A stretch of 64,000 nt of DNA, from NCBI GenBank assembly GCA_043814095.1, contig JBDRKI010000048.1, positions 11,273 through 75,272 on the forward strand, written 5' to 3'. Under the pieces are notes generated by a model. It saw only the letters and a program-made list of their open reading frames with translations, made no database searches and had not been told where the DNA came from. Positions within the stretch are counted from its first letter, which is position 1, and each line of letters opens with the position of its first letter. The position numbers were made by a program, and so were the translations under genes. The stretch is from Armatimonadota bacterium. GTDB taxonomy: Bacteria; Vulcanimicrobiota; JACPDS01; JBDRKI01. This document shows positions 1 through 11,263 of this stretch, piece by piece.

Positions 1-12
1 TTGTTAATGAAG

Positions 13-3000
13 TTATTCAACAGCTAACAAAACTTCTTCTTTGTCTTGTTCTTCTTTGACTTCTTTAGCTTCTTCTTCTTTAAGTTCATCGGAGAATAGA
101 AGGCCTACATCGCGGTATTTATTCGCGCCCGTGCCGGCAGGTATAAGTTTGCCTATAATGACATTTTCTTTTAACCCTATAAGATTGTCTATTTTACCGT
201 GTACTGCGGCTTCGGTTAACACTCTTGTTGTTTCCTGGAAGGACGCGGCTGATAAAAACGACTCGGTAGCCAGTGAAGCTTTGGTAACGCCGAGAAGCAC
301 CGCTTTTGCAGTAGCGGGTTTTTTCTTCGCCTTCAAAGCCTTTTCGTTTTCTTCATTAAAAATATTCACGTCAACAAGGCTTCCCGGCAGTAGTCCTGTG
401 CTGCCGGCTTCTTCAGTCCTTACTTTTCTGAGCATCTGCCTTGAAATTACTTCAATATGCTTGTCATTAATATCCACACCCTGCGAACGGTAAACTTTCT
501 GAACTTCATCAACCAGATACCTCAGTACATACTCAACGCCTTTTATTCTTAATATATCCTGCGGGTTCAGAGAACCTTCGGTAATCTGGGTCCCGGCTTC
601 TATATGCATGCCTTCAGAAACCTTCAGCCTGATGCCGAAAGGAACAAGATAGGAATTTTCTTCTTTTTTGGATTTTCTTATCGTGATTTTCCTTAATCCT
701 TTTTCCTCGCTTAACTGCACAATGCCGTTAATTTCGGCTATTATCGCGTGCCCTTTGGGTTTTCTGGCTTCAAAAAGTTCTTCAACTCTGGGCAGACCGG
801 AGATGATATCCTCGGATGCCACGCCTCCCGTATGGAAGGTTCTCAATGTAAGCTGTGTGCCCGGTTCTCCGATTGACTGCGCGGCAACAATGCCCACCGT
901 GGCGCCTATCTCAACTTCTCTGCCGTTTCCTAAGTCTATACCGTAGCATTTGGCGCAGACGCCCAGTTTGGATTTACAGGCCAGGACCGATCTTATAAGC
1001 ACGGATTTTATGCCGGCTGTTTCTATCTCTTTGGCCGCTTCATTAGTGATTTCTTCACCGGCTTTTACTATTATCTTTTTGCTTCCGGGATATTTAACAT
1101 CTTCTGAAGCGACTCTTCCCGCAATCCTCTCATGCAGCGGCAGAACAAGCGATGAACCGTCATATACTTCTTCTATTTTTATGCCGTCCGTTGTATTACA
1201 ATCCTTCTCCCTGACTATAACATCCTGAGCAACGTCTACAAGTCTTCTTGTCAAATATCCGGAATCCGCGGTACGTAACGCGGTATCGGCAAGACCTTTC
1301 CTCGCTCCGTGAGTAGATATAAAGAATTCAAGCACGGATAAGCCTTCCCTCAGGTTGGCTTTAATGGGCAGAGGAATAATTCTGCCGGAAGGATCCGCCA
1401 TAAGTCCTCTCATGCCCGCAATCTGTTTTACCTGAGCCACATTGCCCCTGGCTCCCGAAGTAGCCATCATAAATATGGGATTTAAGCGGTCCATGTTTCT
1501 TATCATCGCGTCTGACACATCATCGGTTGCCTGCATCCATATATCTTTAAGCCTGCGGTTCTTTTCTTCTTCGGTTGTAAGGCCTACTGAATGCTGTTTT
1601 TCGACTATGTCAGCTTCGTCTTCAGACGCTCTTAAAATATCGGTTTTTTCTTTTGGAATCACAATATCGTCTACGCTTATCGTGGTTCCTGACCTTGTTG
1701 CGATTTTAAATCCTAATTCTTTAACATTATCAAGCAGTACAGCCGTTAAGTTATTGCCGTGTTTTTTATGGAACCCGGCAATGAAGTCAACTAAAGCCTG
1801 TTTGTCAAAAATATTATTCATATAAGAAACATTAGCTTCTTTCGGTATGGCATTATTAAACATAACTCTTCCGACCGTAGTCTCCACGAGCTGGCCCTCT
1901 ATTTTTATTTTAACCAGCGACTGGAGTTCTATTATTCCGTGATGGTATGCCATTATCGCTTCATCACCGTCGCAGAAAAATTTGCCTTCACCTTTAGAGC
2001 CTTTTTTATCCACTGTTAAATAATATATTCCTAACACCATATCTTGTGTAGGCACGGCTGAAGGCGTACCGTAAGCCGGGAGCAGGAGGTTCTGCGAAGA
2101 CAGCATTAAAATCTTAGCTTCAGCCTGCGCGCCCGCCGATAACGGCACATGCACAGCCATCTGGTCTCCGTCAAAATCAGCATTATAGGGGGTGCAGACC
2201 AGCGGGTGAATCTGTATAGCCTTTCCTTCGGTAAGAACAGGCTCAAATGCCTGTATGCCGAGTCTGTGAAGTGTAGGAGCGCGGTTTAAAAGCACGGGGT
2301 GATTCTTAACCACTTCTTCCAGTACATCCCATACTTCCGGTCTTAATCTTTCAACCATTTTTTTAGCGCCTTTAATATTATGCACCAAGCCCCTGTCCAC
2401 GAGTTTTTTCATCACAAAAGGTTTAAACAGTTCAAGCGCCATTTCTTTAGGAAGGCCGCATTGATGAAGTTTAAGCTGGGGACCAACGACTATAACGCTT
2501 CTTCCTGAATAATCCACGCGTTTACCGAGAAGATTCTGGCGGAATCTTCCCTGTTTTCCCTTAAGCATGTCTGAAAGGGAGCGCAGGGGACGGTTATTCG
2601 GCCCTGTAACGGGTCTTCCCCTTCTGCCGTTGTCTATTAACGCGTCGACTGCTTCCTGGAGCATTCTTTTTTCGTTTTTCACTATAATATCGGGAGCTCC
2701 TAAATCTAGAAGCCTTCTTAATCTGTTATTCCTGTTAATAACCCGCCTGTATAAATCATTCAAATCTGAAGTTGCAAACCTGCCTCCGTCCAGCTGAACC
2801 ATCGGCCTTAAGTCGGGAGGGATAACCGGCAGGATATCAAGAACAAGCCATTCCGGCTTGTTGGCGGATTTTTTGAAGGATTCAACTACTTCCAGCCTTT
2901 TTATTGTTTTTATCCTTCTCTGACCGGACAAACGATCCAGATCTTTTCTGAGCTCCTCGCTTAATGACGGTATGTCAATTTCTTTTAAAAGTTCTTTAAT

Positions 3001-3522
3001 TGCTTCCGCGCCTATCTCTGCCCTGAAGCCGTCACCGTATTTTTCCCTTGCGTCCCTGTATTCAAGCTCGCTTAAAAGCTGTTTGTGCTTCAGCGGCGTA
3101 TCCCCGGGATCTATAACGGCATAAGAAATAAAATAGACTATTTTTTCTAAATTCCTTGGAGACATATCCAGCAGGAGGCCTACGCGGGAAGGCACGCCTT
3201 TTAAATACCATATGTGCGTTACCGGAGCGGCCAGCTCTATATGGCCCATTCTTTCGCGTCTTACCTTTGAGCGGGTTACTTCCACTCCGCATTTATCGCA
3301 TATAATGCCTTTAAACCTTACTCTTTTATATTTACCGCAGTGGCATTCCCAGTCTTTCACCGGACCGAAAATCTTCTCGCAGAAAAGACCGTCTCTTTCC
3401 GGCTTTAAGGTCCTGTAATTAATAGTTTCGGGCTTTTTAACTTCCCCGAAAGACCATTCCAGAACCTGCTCCGGAGAAGCCAGACTTATCTGTATCGCTT
3501 CAAAATTATTAACATCTAACAT
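13..3522 (-). CDS. rpoC: DNA-directed RNA polymerase beta' subunit
   Basis: NADFDGD catalytic motif, N-terminal CxC...CxxC zinc site, [17 protein letters not shown]. Start moved to ATG 3522, which has GGAGG upstream. Confidence 0.99.
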   Translation of the reverse strand: MLDVNNFEAIQISLASPEQVLEWSFGEVKKPETINYRTLKPERDGLFCEKIFGPVKDWECHCGKYKRVRFKGIICDKCGVEVTRSKVRRERMGHIELAAPVTHIWYLKGVPSRVGLLLDMSPRNLEKIVYFISYAVIDPGDTPLKHKQLLSELEYRDAREKYGDGFRAEIGAEAIKELLKEIDIPSLSEELRKDLDRLSGQRRIKTIKRLEVVESFKKSANKPEWLVLDILPVIPPDLRPMVQLDGGRFATSDLNDLYRRVINRNNRLRRLLDLGAPDIIVKNEKRMLQEAVDALIDNGRRGRPVTGPNNRPLRSLSDMLKGKQGRFRQNLLGKRVDYSGRSVIVVGPQLKLHQCGLPKEMALELFKPFVMKKLVDRGLVHNIKGAKKMVERLRPEVWDVLEEVVKNHPVLLNRAPTLHRLGIQAFEPVLTEGKAIQIHPLVCTPYNADFDGDQMAVHVPLSAGAQAEAKILMLSSQNLLLPAYGTPSAVPTQDMVLGIYYLTVDKKGSKGEGKFFCDGDEAIMAYHHGIIELQSLVKIKIEGQLVETTVGRVMFNNAIPKEANVSYMNNIFDKQALVDFIAGFHKKHGNNLTAVLLDNVKELGFKIATRSGTTISVDDIVIPKEKTDILRASEDEADIVEKQHSVGLTTEEEKNRRLKDIWMQATDDVSDAMIRNMDRLNPIFMMATSGARGNVAQVKQIAGMRGLMADPSGRIIPLPIKANLREGLSVLEFFISTHGARKGLADTALRTADSGYLTRRLVDVAQDVIVREKDCNTTDGIKIEEVYDGSSLVLPLHERIAGRVASEDVKYPGSKKIIVKAGEEITNEAAKEIETAGIKSVLIRSVLACKSKLGVCAKCYGIDLGNGREVEIGATVGIVAAQSIGEPGTQLTLRTFHTGGVASEDIISGLPRVEELFEARKPKGHAIIAEINGIVQLSEEKGLRKITIRKSKKEENSYLVPFGIRLKVSEGMHIEAGTQITEGSLNPQDILRIKGVEYVLRYLVDEVQKVYRSQGVDINDKHIEVISRQMLRKVRTEEAGSTGLLPGSLVDVNIFNEENEKALKAKKKPATAKAVLLGVTKASLATESFLSAASFQETTRVLTEAAVHGKIDNLIGLKENVIIGKLIPAGTGANKYRDVGLLFSDELKEEEAKEVKEEQDKEEVLLAVE

Positions 3523-3555
3523 TTTCGCCTCCAAATTTAGAAACTAATAACTGTT

Positions 3556-6500
3556 TTATAGAGATATCATCTCGTCTGAGCCGATATCAAGACCTAATTC
3601 TTTCGCGGTTGCTTTAATATCTTCATCAACGGCCTGTATCTCAATTTCCTCTTCGTCTTTAGAGAGGATTTTGATGTTTAAACATAAACTCTGCAGTTCT
3701 TTTATCAATACCTTAAATGACTCCGGCACTCCGGGCTCTAATATGTTTTCTCCCTTAACTATGGATTCATAGGCTTTTACCCTGCCGACAACATCATCGC
3801 TCTTTAAAGTTAACAGTTCCTGCAGGGTATATGAAGCACCGTAAGCCTCAAGCGCCCATACTTCCATCTCTCCGAACCGCTGGCCGCCAAACTGCGCTTT
3901 ACCGCCCAAAGGCTGCTGTGTAATCAAAGAATACGGGCCCGTAGAGCGGGCATGGATTTTATCATCCACAAGATGCGCAAGCTTCATCATATAAATATAT
4001 CCTACCGTAACCCTGTTATCAAAAGGAATTCCCGACCTTCCGTCATAAAGGATGCTCTTGCCGTCACCGGCGAGAATTTTTTTCTCTTCAATTTCATCAA
4101 ACAGGTTTTTAAGCTGTATCGCGGATATATTGTATCCTTTTTTATCAATCAGTTCTTTAATATGGAATGTAAACGGCCTCATTGTCATTATGTCACGCAG
4201 ATCAGATTTTGGCAGAGATATATTCTTTACTTTGCATATATCTATAAGGCGTTCTTCCCAGTCTTCTTTCTTTAAAAGCGCGTCCACTGTTAAGGGAAGT
4301 ATAATTTCCCTTTTCTCAAGGTATTCGGTAAGTCTCAACTGAAGCGTACTCTTGCTTATAACTTCAAAAGCTTCTTCATAAGTTATATTAATGCCCTTGC
4401 TGTCAAGAAATCTTTTTAACTCTGTCGCGTTGATATAATACCTTATTTCATTCTCCGTGGCGCTGTCATAAACGGGGCATTCAACGTTCATTCCCAGGAA
4501 ATGCGCAGCCAGGCCCAGATGTGTTTCAAGAACCTGACCTATATTCATACGGGAAGGAACGCTTAAGGGATTTAAAACAATCTGTACGGGTGTACCGTCC
4601 GGCAGATAAGGCATATCTTCCGCCGGGAGTATCTTTGCTATGACGCCTTTATTGCCGTGGCGCCCCGCCATTTTATCTCCCTGCATAATTTTGCGTTTCT
4701 GTGCGATATAAACCTTTACCAGCTTATTTATCCCGGGTGAAAGTTCATCGCCTGCGTCGCGTGATAACACCTTTACGTCTATAACCTTGCCGCATTCTCC
4801 GTGAGGGGCTCTTAATGAAGTATCCCTGACGTCTCTTGCTTTCTCGCCGAATATGGCTCTTAGGAGCCTTTCTTCGGCCGTAAGTTCGGTCTCGCCCTTA
4901 GGCGTTACCTTGCCCACCAGAATATCTTCGGGGCCCACATCCGCGCCGATTCTTATAATGCCGCTCTCATCCAGTTCTTTTAATGCTTCATCCCCGACAT
5001 TGGGTATATCGCGGGTTATTTCTTCGGGTCCCAGTTTGGTGTCTCTGGCTTCACAGTCATATTCCTCTATATGGACCGATGTGTACACATCTTCTTTTAC
5101 AAGTTCTTCGCTTATTAAGATAGCATCCTCGTAATTATAGCCCTCCCAAGGCATAAATGCTACCAGAATATTCCTGCCGAGGGCAAGCTCTCCGTTAACG
5201 CTTGAAGCGGCGTCGGCAATAACCTGTCCGGCTTTTATCTTGTCGCCCGAGTGCACGACCGGACGCTGGCTTACACATGTGGCCGCATTGGATCTTTTAT
5301 ACTTTAAAAGTTCATATTCTTTTTCTTTTCCGTTTTTTTCTTCTATTATAATCCTGTCCGCGTCGGCTTTTGTAACTTCGCCGTCTTCCTCGGCCGTAAC
5401 CAGAAGTCCCGAATCTTTCGCGGCCCTGTATTCCACGCCGGTGCCAACAAGGGGCGCCTGCGGAGCTATGAGCGGGACTGCCTGACGCTGCATGTTCGCG
5501 CCCATTAACGCTCTGTTGGCGTCATCATGCTCTAAAAACGGAATTAAAGTTGTGCAAACCGACACTATCTGTCTGGGCGAAACATCCATAAAGTCCACTT
5601 CTTCGCGGGGCTTCATCTGTGTTTCATGTTTTGCCCTGACAACAACCTTCTCCCTTACAATTCTATTGTTTTTATCTACAAGGGTATTCGCCTGAGCTAT
5701 AACATGATCATCTTCTTCATCGGCGCAGAGATATTCAATCTCATTGGTAACAACGCCGTTTTTAACTTTTCTGTAGGGCGTATTGATAAAACCAAACTCG
5801 TTTATCTTGGCGTATGTTGTAAGAGTGCCTATAAGGCCGATATTCGGACCTTCGGGAGTTTCAATGGGACAAATCCTGCCGTAGTGGGAATAATGAACAT
5901 CTCTTACTTCAAAACCAGCTCTTTCCCTTGAAAGACCGCCGGGTCCTAAAGCAGAGATTCTTCTTTTGTGGGTAAGTTCGGCAACTGCGTTTGTCTGATC
6001 CATAAACTGCGAAAGCTGTGAGGAACCGAAAAATTCCTTAATTGCCGCCACAACAGGCCTTATATTAACAAGTACCTGAGGCGTAACAGTCTGGGGATCC
6101 TGCACTGTCATTCTTTCACGGACAACTCTCTCAAGGCGGAGCATCCCGACTCTAAACTGGTTCTGCAAAAGCTCGCCAACCGCTCTTATTCGCCTGTTTC
6201 CTAAATGATCTATATCATCGGCGGTTCCTATGCCGTCCGCAAGATCCAGCATGTATTTTATAACCGCAACTATGTCTTTTTTGTCTATTGTTCTTTCGTA
6301 ATCAAGAGGCATACTGCAATCCGGACAGTTAATCGTTCCGACTTTACGCAGTGAACCGCATTTTTTACACGCGACTTTTATTCCCAGCTTTTTATTTATT
6401 TTGTATCTGCCGACCTTGGCCAGATCATATCTTTTATTATTGAAAAAAAGATTGGCAATAAGGTTCCTGGCGCTGTCAACAGTCGGAGGATCACCAGGAC

Positions 6501-7218
6501 GAAGTCTCCTGTAAATTTCTATAAGCGCGTTTTCTTCGCCGTCTATGCCGTCTTTAAGAAGAGTGTTTTTTATTATCGGCGAATCTTTAAACAGCTTCAA
6601 TATGTCCTTGTCTTTAGCGTATCCCAGCGCTTTTAGCAATATCGTAACGGGTATTTTTCTTGTCTTATCAATCCTTACGCCCAGTATATCATTTGAATCA
6701 ATCTCAAATTCAAGCCACGCGCCCCTGTTGGGGATGATCTGGGCCGATGCCAGTTTTTTGCCCGTAGGATCTATGCTCTCCTGAAAATATACCCCCGGCG
6801 AGCGGACAAGCTGGCTTACTACGACGCGTTCCGCGCCGTTAACAAGAAAAGTTCCTTTGGGAGTTATATACGGGATGTCTCCCATAAATATTTCCTGTTC
6901 TTTTATGTCAACAATCTCGCCTTCCACTTTTGCAAGCAGTCTGACTTTGACCTTAAGGGGTACGGAGTATGTCGCATCTCTGGTCCGGCATTCTTCAACA
7001 GAATAGGGAGGCTCACCAAAGCTGTATTCCGTAAAAGACAGGGTTAGGTTTCCTGTAAAATCTTCTATGGGTGAAATCTCATCAAAAACTTCTCTTATGC
7101 CTTCTTTTAAAAACCAGTGATAGGAATCAAAAAGGTGCTCTATAAGATTGGGGACATCCATAACTTTTTTAATTTTTCCGAATGAAATCCTGTTGTTTTC
7201 AGTCAAATTAAATTCCAT
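3556..7218 (-). CDS. rpoB: DNA-directed RNA polymerase beta subunit (two lineage-specific insertions)
   Basis: [59 protein letters not shown]. Confidence 0.99.
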   Translation of the reverse strand: MEFNLTENNRISFGKIKKVMDVPNLIEHLFDSYHWFLKEGIREVFDEISPIEDFTGNLTLSFTEYSFGEPPYSVEECRTRDATYSVPLKVKVRLLAKVEGEIVDIKEQEIFMGDIPYITPKGTFLVNGAERVVVSQLVRSPGVYFQESIDPTGKKLASAQIIPNRGAWLEFEIDSNDILGVRIDKTRKIPVTILLKALGYAKDKDILKLFKDSPIIKNTLLKDGIDGEENALIEIYRRLRPGDPPTVDSARNLIANLFFNNKRYDLAKVGRYKINKKLGIKVACKKCGSLRKVGTINCPDCSMPLDYERTIDKKDIVAVIKYMLDLADGIGTADDIDHLGNRRIRAVGELLQNQFRVGMLRLERVVRERMTVQDPQTVTPQVLVNIRPVVAAIKEFFGSSQLSQFMDQTNAVAELTHKRRISALGPGGLSRERAGFEVRDVHYSHYGRICPIETPEGPNIGLIGTLTTYAKINEFGFINTPYRKVKNGVVTNEIEYLCADEEDDHVIAQANTLVDKNNRIVREKVVVRAKHETQMKPREEVDFMDVSPRQIVSVCTTLIPFLEHDDANRALMGANMQRQAVPLIAPQAPLVGTGVEYRAAKDSGLLVTAEEDGEVTKADADRIIIEEKNGKEKEYELLKYKRSNAATCVSQRPVVHSGDKIKAGQVIADAASSVNGELALGRNILVAFMPWEGYNYEDAILISEELVKEDVYTSVHIEEYDCEARDTKLGPEEITRDIPNVGDEALKELDESGIIRIGADVGPEDILVGKVTPKGETELTAEERLLRAIFGEKARDVRDTSLRAPHGECGKVIDVKVLSRDAGDELSPGINKLVKVYIAQKRKIMQGDKMAGRHGNKGVIAKILPAEDMPYLPDGTPVQIVLNPLSVPSRMNIGQVLETHLGLAAHFLGMNVECPVYDSATENEIRYYINATELKRFLDSKGINITYEEAFEVISKSTLQLRLTEYLEKREIILPLTVDALLKKEDWEERLIDICKVKNISLPKSDLRDIMTMRPFTFHIKELIDKKGYNISAIQLKNLFDEIEEKKILAGDGKSILYDGRSGIPFDNRVTVGYIYMMKLAHLVDDKIHARSTGPYSLITQQPLGGKAQFGGQRFGEMEVWALEAYGASYTLQELLTLKSDDVVGRVKAYESIVKGENILEPGVPESFKVLIKELQSLCLNIKILSKDEEEIEIQAVDEDIKATAKELGLDIGSDEMISL

Positions 7219-7294
7219 AAAATCCTCCGTTATAAATTCCGAAACATAAAAAATAAAAGCTTAACTCGGCATTCCAGAACTTGGAAAATACTGC

Positions 7295-7612
7295 TTATTT
7301 CTTTTTGTCGGCTTCAGTTTTTTTCTTAACAACTTTAATTTTTCTGATTTTTCTGGTTTCTTTCTTCTTCTTATCTTTTTTGGCTGCTTTTTTGCGCGGG
7401 GTCTTGATGATTACATCGGGCAGTCTTATCAATCTGCCGGTGGGTTTTAATTTGAAGCAATGTGATGTGGTTCCCGAGCAGGAAAAATAGATTGTCCCCG
7501 GCTCGTCTTTGTCTTCAAGATCTTTGATTAAGCTGTCATAAACTTTCACACTCATGTAAAGTTTATTATCGCATTTAGGACAGGGATCTAAATGTCTTAA
7601 CTCTCTGGTCAT
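7295..7612 (-). CDS. Small hypothetical protein: CxxC...C-x5-HC putative zinc ribbon with Lys-rich tail
   Basis: Strong RBS (GAGGAAGGAG) before ATG; CPKC and CSGTTSHC; C-terminal third strongly Lys-rich; co-oriented just upstream of rpoB. Confidence 0.75.
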   Translation of the reverse strand: MTRELRHLDPCPKCDNKLYMSVKVYDSLIKDLEDKDEPGTIYFSCSGTTSHCFKLKPTGRLIRLPDVIIKTPRKKAAKKDKKKKETRKIRKIKVVKKKTEADKKK

Positions 7613-7665
7613 TTAAAACTCTCCTTCCTCAAACAGGTTATAAGGATAAAGAAACAAAAAAATAC

Positions 7666-7703
7666 AAAAAAGCAAGAAAGTTACTTTTACTTCCTCGCTT
7701 TTT
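7666..7703 (-). terminator. Intrinsic-terminator-like hairpin in the rpoBC leader (candidate attenuator)
   Basis: Minus strand AAAAAGCGAGGAAGT-loop-ACTTTCTTGCTTTTT then GTATTTTTTT; two G-U pairs form only on this strand. Confidence 0.6.
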
Positions 7704-7779
7704 ATTTTTTTGAAAAAAATTACGACAACACCAAGCTTTCCCCTACCCGTTTATATTGCATATCTTAAAAGCAACGTTT

Positions 7780-7808
7780 AGTCTAGCATATTTATTTTTA
7801 TATGTCAA
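7780..7808 (-). promoter_or_regulatory. Sigma70-type promoter for the Zn-ribbon/rpoBC unit
   Basis: TTGACA-17 nt-TAGACT with extended -10 TG. Confidence 0.7.
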
Positions 7809-7901
7809 TATATATAATAAAATAATTCTTCGTTATCCAGAAACACGAAAAAATCGTGTAATAACAACGTTTTTTAAGGAAAACAGGGAGTTTGTAAAAT
7901 G

Positions 7902-8927
7902 TTAATCTTGAATGTCGGGTGGAATTTCGTTTAAATTTACCTTATTTTTAAGAGGTTTCTCTTCCGGGGGCGCTGTTTTTCTTATAAGTCTCTTCCACTT
8001 AAATCCGGCCCACTGGTCTATATGGCCGGCAAAAACCTCGCCTTTATTGTTTGTCCACGCACAGTCAAAATCATAAGCTTTCATCATTACAATTTTTACC
8101 TTATTAACGGCAAAAGATGTCATATTATTATCAAATATTCCGGAAAACTTAATATTTTCCGGAGTTAAAACCGTCCACTTTAAAGAACCGTTTGATATAT
8201 AAATTAAATAACCCGCATTATAATCCCCGTAAGACGCGCCGGTTGATATGTCAAAATCACCGGGTTTAACGGGCTGAAAATTAAACTTATTTAACTCCAC
8301 GCCCTTACCGTCATTTACAGTCACTGTAAGAATTTCTCCGTCAGTTTCCGCCCTGTAAAGATTGCGCGTTCCTTTTGCAATGCGGATAACAGCGTTTTTA
8401 TCACATATCTTTTCCTTGTCTGAAATACCATACCATTGATTAACCGAAGCTTTCCAAAGCTGGTATTTATTATTTCTCCACTGTATGTAAATTCCGTATT
8501 TGCCCGACTCTGCAATTTTAACATTATTATCGCTTATATTATTTACGCCTTTGTCTAAAACTCCCTCAAATAAAACCTGCTCTGCTTTGAGAATAATATA
8601 TTTAAGCACGCCTTTCTGCACAAAAACCACAAAAGCATTTTTATATCCCTTATATTCCGCCCCCTCATGAAATAAAAATTGCTCGCCTGTATTTTTGAAT
8701 TCAAAAACTTTAACTGTTTTTTCTCCGGGGCCGGCAGCTTCTATTTTAAGACAGCCGTCCTGATTGTTTATTATATAGCTACAGCCCGTATTTTCCTGCA
8801 GTTTTTTTTCTTCCCCGGCAGTTTTATTATCTAATAAATCTGCTTGAGCCCAAACCGGCAGGATCAAAGAAAAAAACATTAAAACAAAAGCAAAAGTAAT
8901 TATTTTTACTGCTTTAAAATTAAACAT
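7902..8927 (-). CDS. Exported hypothetical protein with internal two-fold duplication
   Basis: Signal peptide ending AQA; GAGGAAAGG RBS; two similar beta-rich halves. Confidence 0.8.
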   Translation of the reverse strand: MFNFKAVKIITFAFVLMFFSLILPVWAQADLLDNKTAGEEKKLQENTGCSYIINNQDGCLKIEAAGPGEKTVKVFEFKNTGEQFLFHEGAEYKGYKNAFVVFVQKGVLKYIILKAEQVLFEGVLDKGVNNISDNNVKIAESGKYGIYIQWRNNKYQLWKASVNQWYGISDKEKICDKNAVIRIAKGTRNLYRAETDGEILTVTVNDGKGVELNKFNFQPVKPGDFDISTGASYGDYNAGYLIYISNGSLKWTVLTPENIKFSGIFDNNMTSFAVNKVKIVMMKAYDFDCAWTNNKGEVFAGHIDQWAGFKWKRLIRKTAPPEEKPLKNKVNLNEIPPDIQD

Positions 8928-8947
8928 TATGCCTTTCCTCCCGTTTA

Positions 8948-10021
8948 TTAATAAACCGTCAAATCAATAACTTTTGCATCCGGAATTATTTTTTTAATGT
9001 CCTGTGAAGGTAAAAGTTTTTCTCCATTTTTTACATCTATCATATTTAAAAAACCGGACATTTGAGGCATAACAAACAAAAAATTATTTTTTTCCTTAAT
9101 AATAACCTTTGTGTTTATATTTTTATAATCCAGATTTAAACATTTTTCGGCTTTTATTTTTTTATCATCAATCTTAATCCTGCAGATATAATATTTTTTA
9201 TTTAAATCCCGTATTTTCCCGTAAAACTCACACACCGCGAAACAAGGCCGGGTATCCGAAACCCCGAGCATCTTAAAACCCTCTGTTTCTTCGTAGAGTT
9301 CTTCCTTATAAAAACTTCTTCTATATATATTCTGCCGGGTTATTACCTTTCCGGCATCATCCATTAAATGTATGTTTATTAACTGCCCGTATCCGCCCTG
9401 GTGAGCATAAGATTCAAGAATCATCCACAGGCCGGATTCCGGGACCAGCCACTGGGCATCTAAATGCGCATTAATCCCGCTTATGCGTGTTTTATCTAAT
9501 ATATATACCTTAGAAGGATCCTTAATATCAACCCTGAGCACGTACATCGGGATAATAATATTATCGAGAAGGTACGCGGTATCGTTATAAATGAGAATGT
9601 CGTGGGCGTTTTTCTCTATGTTAATCCTGCTTAATTCTTTTAAATCCTTATCCATTGCTATAAAAGAAGCATCCGCTGATACAAAAACGCCTTTCTTATT
9701 AACTGCCAAACTCTCAAGTTTTTTAAAGCTTTTGCTTGTAAAGTCGGTTAATTCTCCGTTAAATTTTAAAATCTCATTAACGGTTCTTACATAAAGATGT
9801 CCGGTACATACTTCCACCTGTCTGAGACAGTCCTTATTGAATAAAAATTCCGTTTTTTTAATATATGATTTACTTCCGGGGTCAAATTTAAGTTTTACAA
9901 TCTTATCTGAACATCCCAGTATAATATTTTCCGGAAGCTTTTCACTGCAGATACCAGCATAAAAAATAAAGCATAATATGAATAATGCAGTCAATATAAA
10001 TATTTTATATTTTGCACTCAT
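8948..10021 (-). CDS. Exported/membrane-anchored hypothetical protein, possibly beta-propeller
   Basis: 357-aa ORF with N-terminal hydrophobic segment, 4 nt downstream of tyrS; fold is a guess. Confidence 0.75.
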   Translation of the reverse strand: MSAKYKIFILTALFILCFIFYAGICSEKLPENIILGCSDKIVKLKFDPGSKSYIKKTEFLFNKDCLRQVEVCTGHLYVRTVNEILKFNGELTDFTSKSFKKLESLAVNKKGVFVSADASFIAMDKDLKELSRINIEKNAHDILIYNDTAYLLDNIIIPMYVLRVDIKDPSKVYILDKTRISGINAHLDAQWLVPESGLWMILESYAHQGGYGQLINIHLMDDAGKVITRQNIYRRSFYKEELYEETEGFKMLGVSDTRPCFAVCEFYGKIRDLNKKYYICRIKIDDKKIKAEKCLNLDYKNINTKVIIKEKNNFLFVMPQMSGFLNMIDVKNGEKLLPSQDIKKIIPDAKVIDLTVY

Positions 10022-10025
10022 CTTT

Positions 10026-11249
10026 TTATACTCCGACCTTAATCTGCGCGAAATGCCTTGAGCCCACCTTCACAACCATGCCGCTGCGGGCAATAACATC
10101 CAGCTCAACGTCATTTACCCTTTCATTGTCTATAATAACGGCACCCTGGGAAACAAGCCTTCTTGCCTCGCGTTTGCTTTCCGCGAGTTCGGCAAGCATG
10201 AGCAGTTTAACAATCCAAACTTTCCCGTCTTTTAAATCGTCCCTGCCCAGGATAACCTCCCTTATGCTGGTAGGAAGCTCGCCGCGAGAAAATATTTTTT
10301 CAAACTCTTCTTCTGCTTTATTACCCGCTTCTTCGCTGTGATAAATCTTAATTATTTCTTTTGCCAGCCTTTTTTTAATATCCTTAGGATGGAGTGAGGA
10401 ATTTTTTACTCCTTTTTCAAGCTCCGAGATCTCATCTGCCGGCACATCCGTGCAGAGTTCGTAATATTTAAACATAACGCTGTCGGGTATGGACATTATC
10501 TTGCCGAACATATCGTCCGGAGATTCCGTTATCCCTATATAGTTGCCCAGAGACTTGCTCATTTTCTGGACACCGTCCAGTCCCTCCAGAATGGGCATAA
10601 AAAGGGCAACCTGGGGTTCCTGCGAATATTCCCTCTGTAGCTCCCTGCCGACTAAAATATTAAACTTCTGATCAAGGCCGCCGAGCTCCACATCAGAATG
10701 AACCGCCACCGAATCATAACCCTGAAGAAGCGGGTACAAAATTTCGTGCATGCCTATGGGATGGCTTTCTTTATAACGCTTCTCAAAATCATCCCTTTCA
10801 AGTATCCTTGCCACCGTATATTTGGAAGTAAGCTGGACCATATCAAGAAGAGTCATCTTGGAAAGCCATGAACTGTTGTACACGACTTCGGTTTTATTGG
10901 GATCCAGTATCCTGGAAAACTGCAGCATGTAAGTTTTCGCGTTTTCGTCAATCTCGCGTTTTGTAAGCATGGGCCTTGTTACCGAACGCCCCGAAGGGTC
11001 GCCGATAAGAGCCGTAAAATCGCCGATTATAAGGACAACATGGTGTCCTAAATCCTGGAATGCGCGGAGTTTCCGCAGCACAACCGCAAAGCCAAGATGA
11101 ACATCGGGCGCGGTGGGATCTATGCCCAGTTTTATCCTTAAGGGCTTTTCTTCCTTGCGGCTTTTTAAAAGCTTCTTTTTTAATTCATCACCGCTTATAA
11201 TCTCAAGCGTTCCCCGCTTTATTATATCCATCTGTTTATCTATATCCAT
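10026..11249 (-). CDS. tyrS: Tyrosine--tRNA ligase
   Basis: GIDPTAPDVHLGF (HIGH-like), YPLLQGYD, KMSKS, C-terminal S4-like domain; start at ATG 11249 after GGAGG. Confidence 0.98.
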   Translation of the reverse strand: MDIDKQMDIIKRGTLEIISGDELKKKLLKSRKEEKPLRIKLGIDPTAPDVHLGFAVVLRKLRAFQDLGHHVVLIIGDFTALIGDPSGRSVTRPMLTKREIDENAKTYMLQFSRILDPNKTEVVYNSSWLSKMTLLDMVQLTSKYTVARILERDDFEKRYKESHPIGMHEILYPLLQGYDSVAVHSDVELGGLDQKFNILVGRELQREYSQEPQVALFMPILEGLDGVQKMSKSLGNYIGITESPDDMFGKIMSIPDSVMFKYYELCTDVPADEISELEKGVKNSSLHPKDIKKRLAKEIIKIYHSEEAGNKAEEEFEKIFSRGELPTSIREVILGRDDLKDGKVWIVKLLMLAELAESKREARRLVSQGAVIIDNERVNDVELDVIARSGMVVKVGSRHFAQIKVGV

Positions 11250-11263
11250 ACAAACCTCCGAAA

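Noticed and set aside
41-6784. Many plus-strand ORFs opposite rpoC/rpoB (and similar shadows across the window)
   Set aside because: Antisense shadows of well-conserved genes, with no RBS or recognisable motifs.
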